Assembly (NCBI GenBank): GCA_963663165.1
Contig: OY760175.1
Span: 3,200,001-3,264,000 of the forward strand
Source: an uncultured Desulfospira sp.
Lineage (GTDB): Bacteria; Desulfobacterota; Desulfobacteria; Desulfobacterales; Desulfobacteraceae
Direction of reading: 5' to 3'
Length of the DNA stretch: 64,000 nucleotides
Under the pieces are notes generated by a model. That model was not told the origin of the DNA. It was given only the letters and a program-made list of their open reading frames with translations, and ran no database searches. Each line of letters begins with the position of its first letter. Position 1 is the stretch's first letter. The translations under genes and the position numbers were made by a program. Below, piece after piece: positions 31,325 through 41,540 of this stretch.

Positions 31325-32373
31325 CAGTTGGCGGTTTCCGTAAACACAGCCCCTTTCCAGGCCGAATGGCAAAACAGGCGGCTGGCCGGGGTCAGGCCGT
31401 AAATGGCGTCGGCGGCCATGACCACCACCGCATTGGTCCAGGAAATCTTTTCTTCGGGCCAGATGACCATATCCGGATAGGTATACCCGCACCAGAAGGT
31501 TTTATCCCGGTAGACCCGGTCCATGATCCAGGAAAAGACAATCCCGGCTTTTTTCCGGTCTCCCATGGCATTGAGGGCCAGGACCAGTTCACTGGTTTCA
31601 GCAATGGTTACCCAGGGCTGGTCTGACACGCACCGGCAGCCCTGGCCTTCGATGACATACTTGCTCCAGTGGCGGTCGATCCGGGCTCGGGCCTTTTCTC
31701 CCCGGAGGGCGCCGCAGAGGATGGGATAGAACCAGTACATGGAGTACCGGGCTTTGGAAACGTTATATTTGTGAGGATTTTCCTGAATGGACCGTTCCAG
31801 AAGCCCAAAGGCGTTTTGCCATTCCGGCCGGTTTTTACCCAGAATACCGGCAACGGCAAGGGCGGCTTTAAGGCTCATGAAGATTGAACTGGAGCCGGCC
31901 AGAAGCGACATGGGATCAGCCTTGCCTTCCGGGCTTTTAGCCCAGAAGATTTCCCCGGTCCGGGTCTGAAGTTCCAGGGCAAATTCAATGCCCTTTTCCA
32001 TAACAGGCCAGAAGGATTTCAGCCACTGGATATCCCGGGTAATAAGAAAAGCATGGAAAAGGCCCACCGCCGGATAGCAGGCCATGTGGGTTTCACAGGT
32101 CCGGTCTTCGGGCTGGCCGTCCATATAGGAGGAATACCAGGAACCGTCGCCATTCTGATTGGCCCCGAGCCATTCATAGGCCTTCCAGGCCGCTTGGAAA
32201 TCCCCCCCGATATTCAAGCCCATGGCGGATTCCACCAGGTCCCAGGGGTCTGTTTTGCCGTTCTCATGCCAGGGGATATCCCCTGACGGGCGTTGAAGAC
32301 CGGCGATCATGCCGACAACTGAGTCAATGTTCAGATCTGAAAGCGGTTTGATTATTTGCCTGCTGCAAGGCAT
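31324..32373 (-). CDS. Prenyltransferase/squalene-cyclase-like alpha-alpha barrel protein of unknown function
   Basis: KTDPWDLVESAMGL, QNGDGSW, YSMYWFYP, WVTIAETSELVLAL. Confidence 0.65.
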   Translation of the reverse strand: MPCSRQIIKPLSDLNIDSVVGMIAGLQRPSGDIPWHENGKTDPWDLVESAMGLNIGGDFQAAWKAYEWLGANQNGDGSWYSSYMDGQPEDRTCETHMACYPAVGLFHAFLITRDIQWLKSFWPVMEKGIEFALELQTRTGEIFWAKSPEGKADPMSLLAGSSSIFMSLKAALAVAGILGKNRPEWQNAFGLLERSIQENPHKYNVSKARYSMYWFYPILCGALRGEKARARIDRHWSKYVIEGQGCRCVSDQPWVTIAETSELVLALNAMGDRKKAGIVFSWIMDRVYRDKTFWCGYTYPDMVIWPEEKISWTNAVVVMAADAIYGLTPASRLFCHSAWKGAVFTETAN

Positions 32374-32476
32374 GGCCTGGTCTCCAAGTTCATAATATCC
32401 TCTCATTCTTTTGACAAAAGCGCTTTAACCTACCAAATCCCTCTGTTTTTTACAAGAAGTCCCGCATTTTTTATTC

Positions 32477-32492
32477 ATGAATATATATTCAT
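32477..32492. promoter_or_regulatory. Palindromic operator candidate
   Basis: Perfect 16-bp palindrome ATGAATATATATTCAT. Confidence 0.5.
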
Positions 32493-32652
32493 AAAGATCC
32501 GCCCCGGGACAACTGCCGGATTCAGGATTCCCAATGCCCAAGCTAATTTACCTATAACTTTCTGATATATAAAATTTTTCTAACTCTAATTTAATGGATT
32601 TCAATAAAAATTTTTTCCTTGACAACCCGGGCTATCATCTGGTACTCAAAAC

Positions 32653-32666
32653 TGAATGCTCATTCA
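32653..32666. promoter_or_regulatory. Palindromic operator candidate (TetR/FadR-type) upstream of the beta-oxidation genes
   Basis: TGAATG-CT-CATTCA, downstream of TTGACA at 32619-32624. Confidence 0.55.
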
Positions 32667-32704
32667 TAACCGCATGAATTAAATGTTCAACTTAGGAGGT
32701 AATC

Positions 32705-35113
32705 ATGGTAAGAAAAGTCAGAAAGGCGGCAGTCATTGGCTCTGGAATCATGGGAGGGGGGATCGCGGCCCTTCTTGCCGGCGCCGGCGTCAAAGTCCTG
32801 CTCCTGGATATTGTTCCTTTTGATTTGAAAGATGAGGAAAAAAACGACCCCCAGGCCAGAAACCGACTTGTACAGGCAGGACTGGATGCAGCCCTGGCGT
32901 CAAGTCCCTCTTTGTTTTTCAATAAAAAGGACGCCGGCCTGATTTCCATCGGCAACCTGGATGACGACATTGAAAAACTGTCTGAGTGCGACTGGATCAT
33001 CGAGGTTGTGGTCGAAAATCTTAACATCAAAAGAGACCTGTTCACCAAGGTGGACAAAGTCAGAAAACCCGGGGCCATTGTTACCACCAACACATCGGGC
33101 ATCCCTCTCAAAGACATCAGCGAAGGCTTTTCCAAAGAATTCAAAGAGCACTTCATGGGGACCCATTTTTTCAACCCGGTCCGTTACATGCACCTGCTGG
33201 AGCTGATCCCCGGTGAAGAAACCCTTCCTGAAATCCTGGAATTCATCGCCGGATTCGGCGAGAAAAACCTGGGCAAAGGCATTGTCTGGGCCAAAGACAC
33301 CCCGAACTTTGTGGGCAACCGGATCGGAGTCCAGGGCATTGGCGCGGTCATGAATTTTATGGCCGATGCCGGCATGTCCATTGCCGAAGTGGACGCCGTG
33401 TTCGGACCGGCCTTAGGCCGTCCCAAAACCGCTATCTTCAAGACCTGCGATCTGGTCGGCCTGGACACCATGATTCATGTGTGCAAAAACTCCTATGACC
33501 TGTGCCCGGATGACGAACAGCGGAACACCCTGATCCTGCCGGATTTTGTTGGACAGATGATGGAAATGAAGCTGCTGGGCAACAAAACCCGGGCGGGTTT
33601 CTACAAAACCGACCTGACCCCGGAGTGGAAAAAAATCAGAAAAGTCCTCAATCCGGCCACCATGGAATATGAAGATCTGACAAGACCGAGCTTCCCCTGC
33701 CTGGATGAAGCCAAAAAGAAAGCCACCCTGGCGGAAAAGGTAAAAACCGTTCTGACCGGAGACGACAAAGGCGCCAAATTTGCCTGGACCATCGCGGCCA
33801 ACAACTTCCAGTACGCCGCCTGCCGGGTGCCGGAGATCGCCGATACCGTGATTGAAATCGACAACTCCATGAAGTGGGGCTACAACTTTGAAATGGGCCC
33901 CTTTGAACTCTGGGACACCTACGGGGTGGCCCAGGCCGTGGAAAGAATGGAAGCCGAAGGCCTTGACGTTCCCGCCAATGTGAAAGACATGCTGGCCGCC
34001 GGAGCAACCTCCTTTTACAAACTGGAAAACGGCGTCAAGTACTTTTATGATTTTTCTTCAAAAGACTATAAGGCGGTGCCCGTGGGCAAAAACATGGTCT
34101 CCATCGCCGCGGCCAAGGGCAACAACAAAACCGTTATCGACAATGCCTCGGCCAGCCTGGTGGACATCGGCGACGGCGTGTTCTGCCTGGAATACCACAC
34201 CAAGATGAACGCCATCAATGAAGAGATTGTGGATACCATTGGCGCGGCCCTGGAATATGTGGACGAGAACGGCGTGGGCCTGGTCATCGGAAACGAAGCC
34301 GGCGGCATGCCCGGTGCATTTTCAGCCGGTGCGGACCTGGCCTATGTGTCCAAACTCTGCCATGACAAAAACTACGCTGAAATTGAGCATTTCCTGAAAA
34401 AAGCCCAGACCGGGGTCCAGGCCGCCAAATACGCGCCATTCCCGGTGGTGGCCGCCCCCTACGGCATGGTCCTTGGCGGAGGGTGTGAAACCTGCCTGGG
34501 GGCTGACCGCATCGTGGCCCATTCCGAACTTTACATGGGCCTGGTGGAAATCGGCGTTGGCCTGCTGCCTGCCGGCGGCGGCACCATGAACCTGTGGAAA
34601 AAATATGTCAATGCCCTGCCCGGCAAGACCGTAAAGGAAGTGGACCTGGCCAAACTCTTTGTACCGGCCTTCATGAAAATCGGCATGGCCGCGGTTTCCA
34701 TGTCCGCTGCCCAGGCCCAGGGCAACGGGTATCTTGGCCTTGCCGACCGGATCGTTTTCAACCGGGACAACCTCATCGGCGAAGCCAAAAAAGAAGTGTT
34801 GAAAATGGTGGATGACGGATATGCCCCGCCGAAAAAACAACCCCTCAAGGTTATGGGGAACGCCGGCCAGGGCATGGTCAATGCCGAGATTTTCAATATG
34901 GTGAACGGCAAGTTCATGAGCGAACACGATGCCTTCCTGGCCAAACGGATCGCATATGTCATGAGCGGCGGCGATGTCAATGTCGGCAGTGAAGTGGCCG
35001 AAGAGACCATCCTGAAGCTGGAAAGGGAAGCCTTTGTGGATTTCTGCAAAGAAGAAAAAACCATTGCCAGAATCGACCACATGCTCAAAACCGGCAAACC
35101 CCTGAGAAACTAA
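32705..35113 (+). CDS. 3-hydroxyacyl-CoA dehydrogenase/enoyl-CoA hydratase (FadN-like)
   Basis: GSGIMGGGIAA, TNTSG, HFFNPVRYM, GGGCE, VEIGVGLLPAGGG, GKPLRN end. Confidence 0.93.
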   Translation: MVRKVRKAAVIGSGIMGGGIAALLAGAGVKVLLLDIVPFDLKDEEKNDPQARNRLVQAGLDAALASSPSLFFNKKDAGLISIGNLDDDIEKLSECDWIIEVVVENLNIKRDLFTKVDKVRKPGAIVTTNTSGIPLKDISEGFSKEFKEHFMGTHFFNPVRYMHLLELIPGEETLPEILEFIAGFGEKNLGKGIVWAKDTPNFVGNRIGVQGIGAVMNFMADAGMSIAEVDAVFGPALGRPKTAIFKTCDLVGLDTMIHVCKNSYDLCPDDEQRNTLILPDFVGQMMEMKLLGNKTRAGFYKTDLTPEWKKIRKVLNPATMEYEDLTRPSFPCLDEAKKKATLAEKVKTVLTGDDKGAKFAWTIAANNFQYAACRVPEIADTVIEIDNSMKWGYNFEMGPFELWDTYGVAQAVERMEAEGLDVPANVKDMLAAGATSFYKLENGVKYFYDFSSKDYKAVPVGKNMVSIAAAKGNNKTVIDNASASLVDIGDGVFCLEYHTKMNAINEEIVDTIGAALEYVDENGVGLVIGNEAGGMPGAFSAGADLAYVSKLCHDKNYAEIEHFLKKAQTGVQAAKYAPFPVVAAPYGMVLGGGCETCLGADRIVAHSELYMGLVEIGVGLLPAGGGTMNLWKKYVNALPGKTVKEVDLAKLFVPAFMKIGMAAVSMSAAQAQGNGYLGLADRIVFNRDNLIGEAKKEVLKMVDDGYAPPKKQPLKVMGNAGQGMVNAEIFNMVNGKFMSEHDAFLAKRIAYVMSGGDVNVGSEVAEETILKLEREAFVDFCKEEKTIARIDHMLKTGKPLRN

Positions 35114-35126
35114 GGAGGATATAAAA

Positions 35127-36308
35127 ATGAGAGACGCATATATTGTACAATCCATCCGGACTCCGGGCTGCAAAAACAGAAGGGGGCAGTTCAAACAGAC
35201 CCGGCCTGAAGAACTTTTATCCTTTATCATGAGGGAAGCCGTCGCCCGGACCCCGAACCTTGAACCCGAACATATTGAAGATGTCATGATCGGGTGTGCC
35301 TTCCCCGAAGCTGAACAGGGGCTCAACATCGGCCGGATCGCCGCCAAAATGGCGGGTTTCCCGGATTCGGTATCCGGCGCCACGGTCAACCGGTTCTGCG
35401 CATCAGGCCTTGAAGCCATTGTCCTGGCCGCTGCCCGGGTGCAGTTAGGCTGGTCAGACATCACCATGGGCGGCGGTGTGGAGTCCATGACCTTTGTCCC
35501 CATGGGCGGCAACATTCCCCGGCCCCATCCTGAATACTCCGTAGAAGACCCGGCCATGTACGTGTCCATGGGCATCACGGCGGAGAATGTGGCCAACCGG
35601 TACAACATTTCCAGGGAAGACCAGGACAAGTTTGCCGCCGCATCCCAGGCCAAAGCGGCCCGGGCAAGGGACAACGGGCTGTTCACGGAAATCGTCCCCA
35701 CCCCGGCTTATAAATATGTGGAGCAGGAAGACGGCACCTGGAAAAAAACCGAGTTTATTGTCAAGCATGATGACGGGATCAGAGAATCCTCCCCGGAAAG
35801 CTTAGGCAAGCTTCGGGCCGTATTTGCCGCTGGCGGTTCCGTCACCGCAGGCAACTCCTCACAGACCACGGACGGCGCGGCTGCCACCATCCTGGCGTCC
35901 AAGGAAAAATGCGATGAACTCGGCCTGACCCCTATAGCCAGACTGGTTGCCTATACCACCATCGGATGCCGGTCCGATGAAATGGGCGTGGGGCCCAGAT
36001 ATGCCATCCCCAAGGTTCTTGAACAGGCCGGCATGACCATTGATGACATTGACATTTATGAAATCAACGAGGCTTTTGCCTCCCAGGCCCTGTACTCCAT
36101 CCGGGAAATCGGCATTGAAAAATATATGGACAGCCGGATCAACATCCACGGCGGTGCCATTGCGTTAGGCCATCCTTTGGGATGCACCGGCGCCAAACTG
36201 ACCGCCACCTGCCTTGCCAACCTCAAGGAAGTCAACGGCAAATACGGTATTGTTTCCATGTGTATCGGCGGCGGCATGGGGGCTGCGGCCATATTTGAAA
36301 GGCTCTAA
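35127..36308 (+). CDS. Acetyl-CoA C-acyltransferase (thiolase)
   Basis: NRFCASG, NEAFA, GHPLG, SMCIGGGMG. Confidence 0.95.
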   Translation: MRDAYIVQSIRTPGCKNRRGQFKQTRPEELLSFIMREAVARTPNLEPEHIEDVMIGCAFPEAEQGLNIGRIAAKMAGFPDSVSGATVNRFCASGLEAIVLAAARVQLGWSDITMGGGVESMTFVPMGGNIPRPHPEYSVEDPAMYVSMGITAENVANRYNISREDQDKFAAASQAKAARARDNGLFTEIVPTPAYKYVEQEDGTWKKTEFIVKHDDGIRESSPESLGKLRAVFAAGGSVTAGNSSQTTDGAAATILASKEKCDELGLTPIARLVAYTTIGCRSDEMGVGPRYAIPKVLEQAGMTIDDIDIYEINEAFASQALYSIREIGIEKYMDSRINIHGGAIALGHPLGCTGAKLTATCLANLKEVNGKYGIVSMCIGGGMGAAAIFERL

Positions 36309-36345
36309 TCCCTTTCCCCTGAATTTTTAAAATTAACTGCCATGC

Positions 36346-36385
36346 AAACGGCTTCCCCTTTTTGGGGGGGGGCCGTTTGTTTTTT
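36346..36385 (+). terminator. Rho-independent terminator
   Basis: aaacggcttcccc / ggggggggccgttt stem followed by a T run. Confidence 0.65.
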
Positions 36386-36717
36386 CTCCCGCCCTGTAAA
36401 TCCAAGCACGAGGCTGAGGAGCACCTGTTGGGGTTAATACGCCTGACATTTCAGGCCGAAACAAGCCCCAAAAGGCCCTTGTTAAATCTTGTTGAAATCC
36501 ACAAATTCCTATGTTACCTTAGGGGATCAGATTGCGCCAGGGTAGGTTTTGGTACCTTACCGAAATTTTCCTAAAATTAAAGATGTGTTATGCCGGCATC
36601 GCGGGCCTCAGGCATTGCCGAAGGGTTCCTTTACGACAGACAAGGGAAAGAGCCCTGTGAAGCAACTGGACCCCATATTGTATGTTTTAACCGAAAGGAA
36701 CTGTACGACTGACGCCG

Positions 36718-37215
36718 ATGGAAGATGAAAATAAATCAAAGCAGGAATTAATTGCTGAATTAGTGGAACTTCGCCGGGAGAACGCCCGTTTAAAAGAAAA
36801 ACTTGAGAACAGCTTGCCAGGGGGAAATGACATCCCCCCCAAAACCATTCTTGTAGTTGACGATAACCAGGAATTGTGCAGCCTTCTGGATGGCATGCTC
36901 AGGAGTTTGGGGCATATCTGCCTGGAGGCCAGGAGTACCGGCGAGGCCCTTGACGTGTTTACAGCCAATAAAGACCGCATCGACCTGGTTCTCTCAGATG
37001 TGGTCATGCCGGACGGTTCCGGCCATGAATTGACCGAAGAACTTCGCAAACTCGCCCCGGATATAAAAATCCTTTTTATGAGCGGGTACACTGAGGATGA
37101 TATTGTCCCGGACGTTATCTTTAAAATTCGTAAAGCTGACGCCGGGCTGCTTCAAAAACCCTTCACCCGCAGGGAATTAAAAGAACACATTCAACAGGTA
37201 TTTGACAAAAAATAA
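36718..37215 (+). CDS. Stand-alone response regulator receiver
   Basis: ILVVDD, LSDVVMP, FMSGY, LQKPF. Confidence 0.88.
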   Translation: MEDENKSKQELIAELVELRRENARLKEKLENSLPGGNDIPPKTILVVDDNQELCSLLDGMLRSLGHICLEARSTGEALDVFTANKDRIDLVLSDVVMPDGSGHELTEELRKLAPDIKILFMSGYTEDDIVPDVIFKIRKADAGLLQKPFTRRELKEHIQQVFDKK

Positions 37216-37232
37216 TTTTTTCAGGCTAACCC

Positions 37233-38285
37233 ATGATAAATAATGCATACTCTGAATCCGTTGAGGAGTCGGGAACCTTCCTGAGGATCGCATTACAGCA
37301 GATATCCAGGCATAAGCTCCCTTATAATCCCATCACCTACTCCGTCTGGTATGAATTCGCAACCGGGAACAACCCGGAACTGACCGATAAAATTCATAAC
37401 CTGGAAAAAGAGCACCAAACCATTCCTTTGGACATCATTCATAAGCTGTTCAAGCAGTATATCGCCGACAACCATTTCCTGCTGGCGGAAAAAAAGATCA
37501 CTGAATTTCAAACCATCCTAAGTGAACTGACCACTTCCATGGCAAGTTCCGGCAGCGACCTGAACAGCCATGGCGGCTCCCTGGTCACCTACGCCAAAAA
37601 GCTGGGCCGGGCCACCAGCCTGGATGAAATCCCTCCCCTGTCCAAAAATATCATTTCAGCAACCAAAAATATGGTTGCTTCAGGGCAGTCCATCGCCAAG
37701 CAGATGAATGATACGGCCTCAGAAATTGAGCTGTTGAGAAAAGAGCTGGAAGGGACCAAGCAAAAGGCCAAAACAGACCCCCTGACCGGCCTTCTCAACC
37801 GGGCGGGGTTTGACGATATGATGTCCCAGGCCATGGATCAGACCAAAAGCGACGGCACCCCCCTGTGCCTGGTCATGGCGGATATCGACCATTTTAAGAA
37901 AATCAATGATACCCACGGCCACCTGATTGGGGACAATGTCTTGAAGATGCTTGCCCGTCTCATCAAGGACAATATTGACCCCACAGATACGGCCGCCCGT
38001 TTTGGCGGCGAAGAATTCATCCTGGTTCTTCCGGGAAAAACCCTGGAAGATGCCTTTAACACGGCTGAAAAAATACGCAAAAGCCTTAAAACCATGCGAT
38101 GGGTGGCCAAAGAATCCAAAAAACCCATTGGCATTGTAACCATCTCCATGGGTGCGGCCCAGTATACTGCTCAGGATTCCGTCCAGGGCCTGATCCACAG
38201 AGCCGACCAGGCCCTGTATGCGGCCAAGGAAAGCGGCCGGGACAAAACCCTTACCGAAAACGATATTGAGGCCGAAGAAGCTTAA
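37233..38285 (+). CDS. Diguanylate cyclase (GGDEF)
   Basis: DPLTGLLNR, DIDHFKKINDTHGH, RFGGEEF. Confidence 0.92.
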   Translation: MINNAYSESVEESGTFLRIALQQISRHKLPYNPITYSVWYEFATGNNPELTDKIHNLEKEHQTIPLDIIHKLFKQYIADNHFLLAEKKITEFQTILSELTTSMASSGSDLNSHGGSLVTYAKKLGRATSLDEIPPLSKNIISATKNMVASGQSIAKQMNDTASEIELLRKELEGTKQKAKTDPLTGLLNRAGFDDMMSQAMDQTKSDGTPLCLVMADIDHFKKINDTHGHLIGDNVLKMLARLIKDNIDPTDTAARFGGEEFILVLPGKTLEDAFNTAEKIRKSLKTMRWVAKESKKPIGIVTISMGAAQYTAQDSVQGLIHRADQALYAAKESGRDKTLTENDIEAEEA

Positions 38286-38503
38286 AGCAGAAGAACCGTC
38301 TTGTGTCCCCGGCCCTGAACATCCGTGTCAGACATAATCCCCAGTGTCCGCCCCCCGGGAAACTTTTCCCGGGGGGCCGGGCTGATCAGAAGGGGTCATC
38401 TTTTCCTGCCCCCCCAATAGCTAAGAATCTCAATGGATTGAAGAAAGTCCTTCAGGATTGAGCGGCAGGGTAACCGCATTTATGAAAATACACTTCAATA
38501 AAA

Positions 38504-38570
38504 TGGACTTGGGATATGGGACTTGGGACTTGGGGATTGCAGCATCCGTGGCCTCCCCAAGTCCCAATTC
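38504..38570. repeat. Heptamer (gggactt) tandem/inverted repeat
   Basis: ggacttgggatatgggacttgggacttgggg ... ccccaagtccca. Confidence 0.55.
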
Positions 38571-38731
38571 TATACATTATTAAAGCTGCTAACGCCCTCC
38601 ATATCATGCCGGATTACAAATGCGGTGCCCCTTGCATTGAGCGGATGTTAAGGTTGTCACCTTTATTCCAAACTGTTAAGAATAATAAAGGCAGCATCTT
38701 CAAAAAAACGCGGGGGAGGGGCAACATTGTT

Positions 38732-39859
38732 ATGAAAAGTCCATTGTGGCAACGTGTATTCAAACCGGCCCCGGTTGATGCAGGCACTTTAGAAGGCAGC
38801 GAAATCCTGAGAAAACAGGTCATGCTGTATATCCTTTCCCTGCTTGGCATCTTCTTTCTTCTGGTCATGAGCACCTGGCTGTATTCAGAAAAATCGTATT
38901 TTTATGTTTTTCTGGACCTGGCTTTCGCCTGTTTTCTACTGGTTCTCTTTTTTCTTGTCAGAACCGGGAAGAATTTACAATTATACAGCAAAATAAGTAT
39001 TCTGGCGCTTCAGCTGTTTTTCATGTTTATATTCCATACCGGGGCCGGCAACCAGATGGCGTTCGTATGGTATTATCTATTTCCCCTGGTGGCGCTCTTT
39101 CTTCTGGGTATCCGTCTGGGGTCCATCCTTTCCTTATCCATGATTGGAATTTCAGCTCTGCTGAATGCCGCGTCTGATTTTCTTCCGGGCATTGTCCCTT
39201 TTTCGTCTCAAATGTTTGTTCGGATTCTCTTCAGTTACATGGGGGTGTTCCTTTTTGCATTTGCTTTTGAAAAAACCAGGCAAACGGTTCAGGAAAAACT
39301 GTCAAAAATGATGGAACAGCTCAATGAACTGGCCATCCGGGACAAGCTCACCGGACTTTATAACCGTCGGTATATGGATGAAATTATTTTTCAGATTCTT
39401 AATCAATGCAGCCGTTCAGGACTGACCGTTGCGTTTATCATGGCGGACCTTGATTATTTCAAAAAATATAACGATACTTACGGTCACCAGCAGGGGGACA
39501 AACTGCTTGAGGCATTCTCAAACCTGCTGCTTTCTCTTGTCCGGCGGCAGACCGATTTTGCATTCCGTTACGGCGGGGAGGAGTTCGGCATATTTCTTTC
39601 GGCGACTTCATTAAACACAGCTGAGAATTTAGCCGAAAGCATTGTCAAGGAAACGCCGAATCTGCCGTTTATCCATGCAAAGAATCCATCCGGGAAAGTG
39701 ACGGTCTCAGTGGGGATGGTTTGTGTGGAATCTCCCGATAAAATAACGATTCAAGAGTTAATTCATCAGGCAGATCAGGCCCTTTACCAGGCAAAGGAAT
39801 CGGGCAGAAACCGGTTTGTAAGCAAATTTTGTAACTATTCAGCTAATGCTGAAAACTAA
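38732..39859 (+). CDS. Membrane-bound diguanylate cyclase (GGDEF)
   Basis: About 6 TM segments, DKLTGLYNRR, RQTD I-site, RYGGEEF. Confidence 0.9.
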   Translation: MKSPLWQRVFKPAPVDAGTLEGSEILRKQVMLYILSLLGIFFLLVMSTWLYSEKSYFYVFLDLAFACFLLVLFFLVRTGKNLQLYSKISILALQLFFMFIFHTGAGNQMAFVWYYLFPLVALFLLGIRLGSILSLSMIGISALLNAASDFLPGIVPFSSQMFVRILFSYMGVFLFAFAFEKTRQTVQEKLSKMMEQLNELAIRDKLTGLYNRRYMDEIIFQILNQCSRSGLTVAFIMADLDYFKKYNDTYGHQQGDKLLEAFSNLLLSLVRRQTDFAFRYGGEEFGIFLSATSLNTAENLAESIVKETPNLPFIHAKNPSGKVTVSVGMVCVESPDKITIQELIHQADQALYQAKESGRNRFVSKFCNYSANAEN

Positions 39860-39874
39860 GCAAAACAAGGGTCC

Positions 39875-39982
39875 GTAACTGTTCATCAGTGCTTCATATT
39901 TGTTTAGTCAGGCCTTCGTAGCATACTGTTGCTATGTGAGAAGGCCTGAATGAGCGAAGATGGGGCACTGCTGAACAGTTAC
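39875..39982. mobile_element. 108-bp MITE-like element
   Basis: Terminal IRs gtaactgttcatcagtgc / gcactgctgaacagttac; internal tcaggccttc/gaaggcctga stem. Confidence 0.65.
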
Positions 39983-40022
39983 CAAATTTTTATCCGATGG
40001 GGTAGAACAATAGCTTAAGACA

Positions 40023-41540
40023 CTATCCCCCCGCCATATGATCTGCAATCCGTTTTGACACCTCCATATTGGGGACAATCCCATTGGTGAAAAGCTGTAC
40101 CCCCCTGGTTATTTCACCGACGGCATAAAGCCCCGGGGTGCTTCTCCCCTTGCCGTTCCGGACTTCACTTGACTGGAAGTCGGCATGAATCCCCCCGTTG
40201 GGATGGGGCTCAATCAGGCCCTTGTGCAGCAGTCGTTTTATTAACGGACTCTTAAACTTAGTAACGTCCAGTCCCTGGCCAATGGCATTAATGATATAAG
40301 GTGTCTTTATGGTATAGGTCAGACCGAACCGGGTGCTGATATCTATTTCAAAATTTTTTTCACCGCATGCCCTGACACACCGGCATCCGGACAGGATATC
40401 CAGCTGTCCCGATTCCAGAGCCTTTAAAATCTTTTGGGCATTGCCCAGGGGCATGGGATGCCGGTATACGGTCCACAATGTTTTAAATTCCCGGTCAAAC
40501 CGCATTTTGTCATCACTGGACATGCTGTTCCATAAAATGCCGGTTACCTGGGCTGACGCCGTCAGGGCCGCCTGGTAGGCAATAACGCCGGACCGGGCTT
40601 TTGAAATATCTTTTTCAAGGATTTGGGCCGGCGATCCGGTGGGGTTTAAGATATCGAGCCAATGATCCCTTATATTTTCGGCCTCCTCCAGCTCTCTGAA
40701 AAACAACCCCTTTACCTGATCAAAGGAGAGTCTGCCGCCGGGGGCTTTAGACAGAATCCGGCGGACATGGTCTTTATTCAGATATTTCAAGTCATAATCC
40801 GAAGGCGCTCCCTGGACCTTGGGCAGAAACCCCCGCCGTGATACAAAGTTAATCTTCCCCCTGTGATCGTTTGCCGTTAAGGTAAAAAGGGTGTCAATGG
40901 CACTTAAGCCCGAGCCGAGGATGCATACCGGCACATCTTTGGGAATGGAATCAACAATCCGGGAAACAGGCCATGGATAGGGGATATACCCTTTTATACG
41001 GTTTAATTCTTCAAAAAATGATGTGGGAAAATTCCCGGGGGCAAGGACCACCTTGTCCGCATCAATGACCTTTCCATCGGCGGTTCTGACCTGAAAGGAC
41101 GAGCCCTGGTGATCAAGGTCCACCACCTCTGCCCGGACCAGATGAAGGGCACCGGAAACAGAGGCCGCCCGTTTGATTGTGAAATCCAGGATGTGCCGGA
41201 TATAGGTGCCGTAGACATGCCTTGAGGGATAGTTCACACGGTCCCCTTCAGGGTCCATTGGACCCAAAAGAGCCGGGTCCTGCCGTTCAAGCCATTTGGG
41301 GAAATCCATGGGGTCGCCGCCATTCATGACGCCGAGCGTATCGGCCCTCATATTCAATATATGGGAGGGCAGCGGGGTGCTGTAGGCAAGTCCCGGCCCG
41401 AAATCGTCTCCTTTTTCAATCAGATAAACGGTGAATGCCGGCCCGGAGCCATCATGGGCATTTTCGATGATCTGGTGGGCCAATATGGTTCCGCTGGCAC
41501 CGGAACCGATTATCGCAACAGTTTTCTTTCCTGAGTTCAT
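40023..41540 (-). CDS. FAD/NAD(P)-binding protein (YdhS-like)
   Basis: IIGSGASG, FGPGLAYST, HILN, GSGLSAID, SRRG.LP. Confidence 0.8.
   Translation of the reverse strand: MNSGKKTVAIIGSGASGTILAHQIIENAHDGSGPAFTVYLIEKGDDFGPGLAYSTPLPSHILNMRADTLGVMNGGDPMDFPKWLERQDPALLGPMDPEGDRVNYPSRHVYGTYIRHILDFTIKRAASVSGALHLVRAEVVDLDHQGSSFQVRTADGKVIDADKVVLAPGNFPTSFFEELNRIKGYIPYPWPVSRIVDSIPKDVPVCILGSGLSAIDTLFTLTANDHRGKINFVSRRGFLPKVQGAPSDYDLKYLNKDHVRRILSKAPGGRLSFDQVKGLFFRELEEAENIRDHWLDILNPTGSPAQILEKDISKARSGVIAYQAALTASAQVTGILWNSMSSDDKMRFDREFKTLWTVYRHPMPLGNAQKILKALESGQLDILSGCRCVRACGEKNFEIDISTRFGLTYTIKTPYIINAIGQGLDVTKFKSPLIKRLLHKGLIEPHPNGGIHADFQSSEVRNGKGRSTPGLYAVGEITRGVQLFTNGIVPNMEVSKRIADHMAGG

Noticed and set aside
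34322..35701. 459-aa antisense ORF and similar shadow ORFs
   Set aside because: They overlap well-supported genes on the opposite strand and are explained by GC-rich codon bias.
36390..36680. c-di-AMP or c-di-GMP riboswitch upstream of the signalling genes
   Set aside because: Only a fragmentary resemblance (ggggttaat); the conserved downstream motifs are absent.
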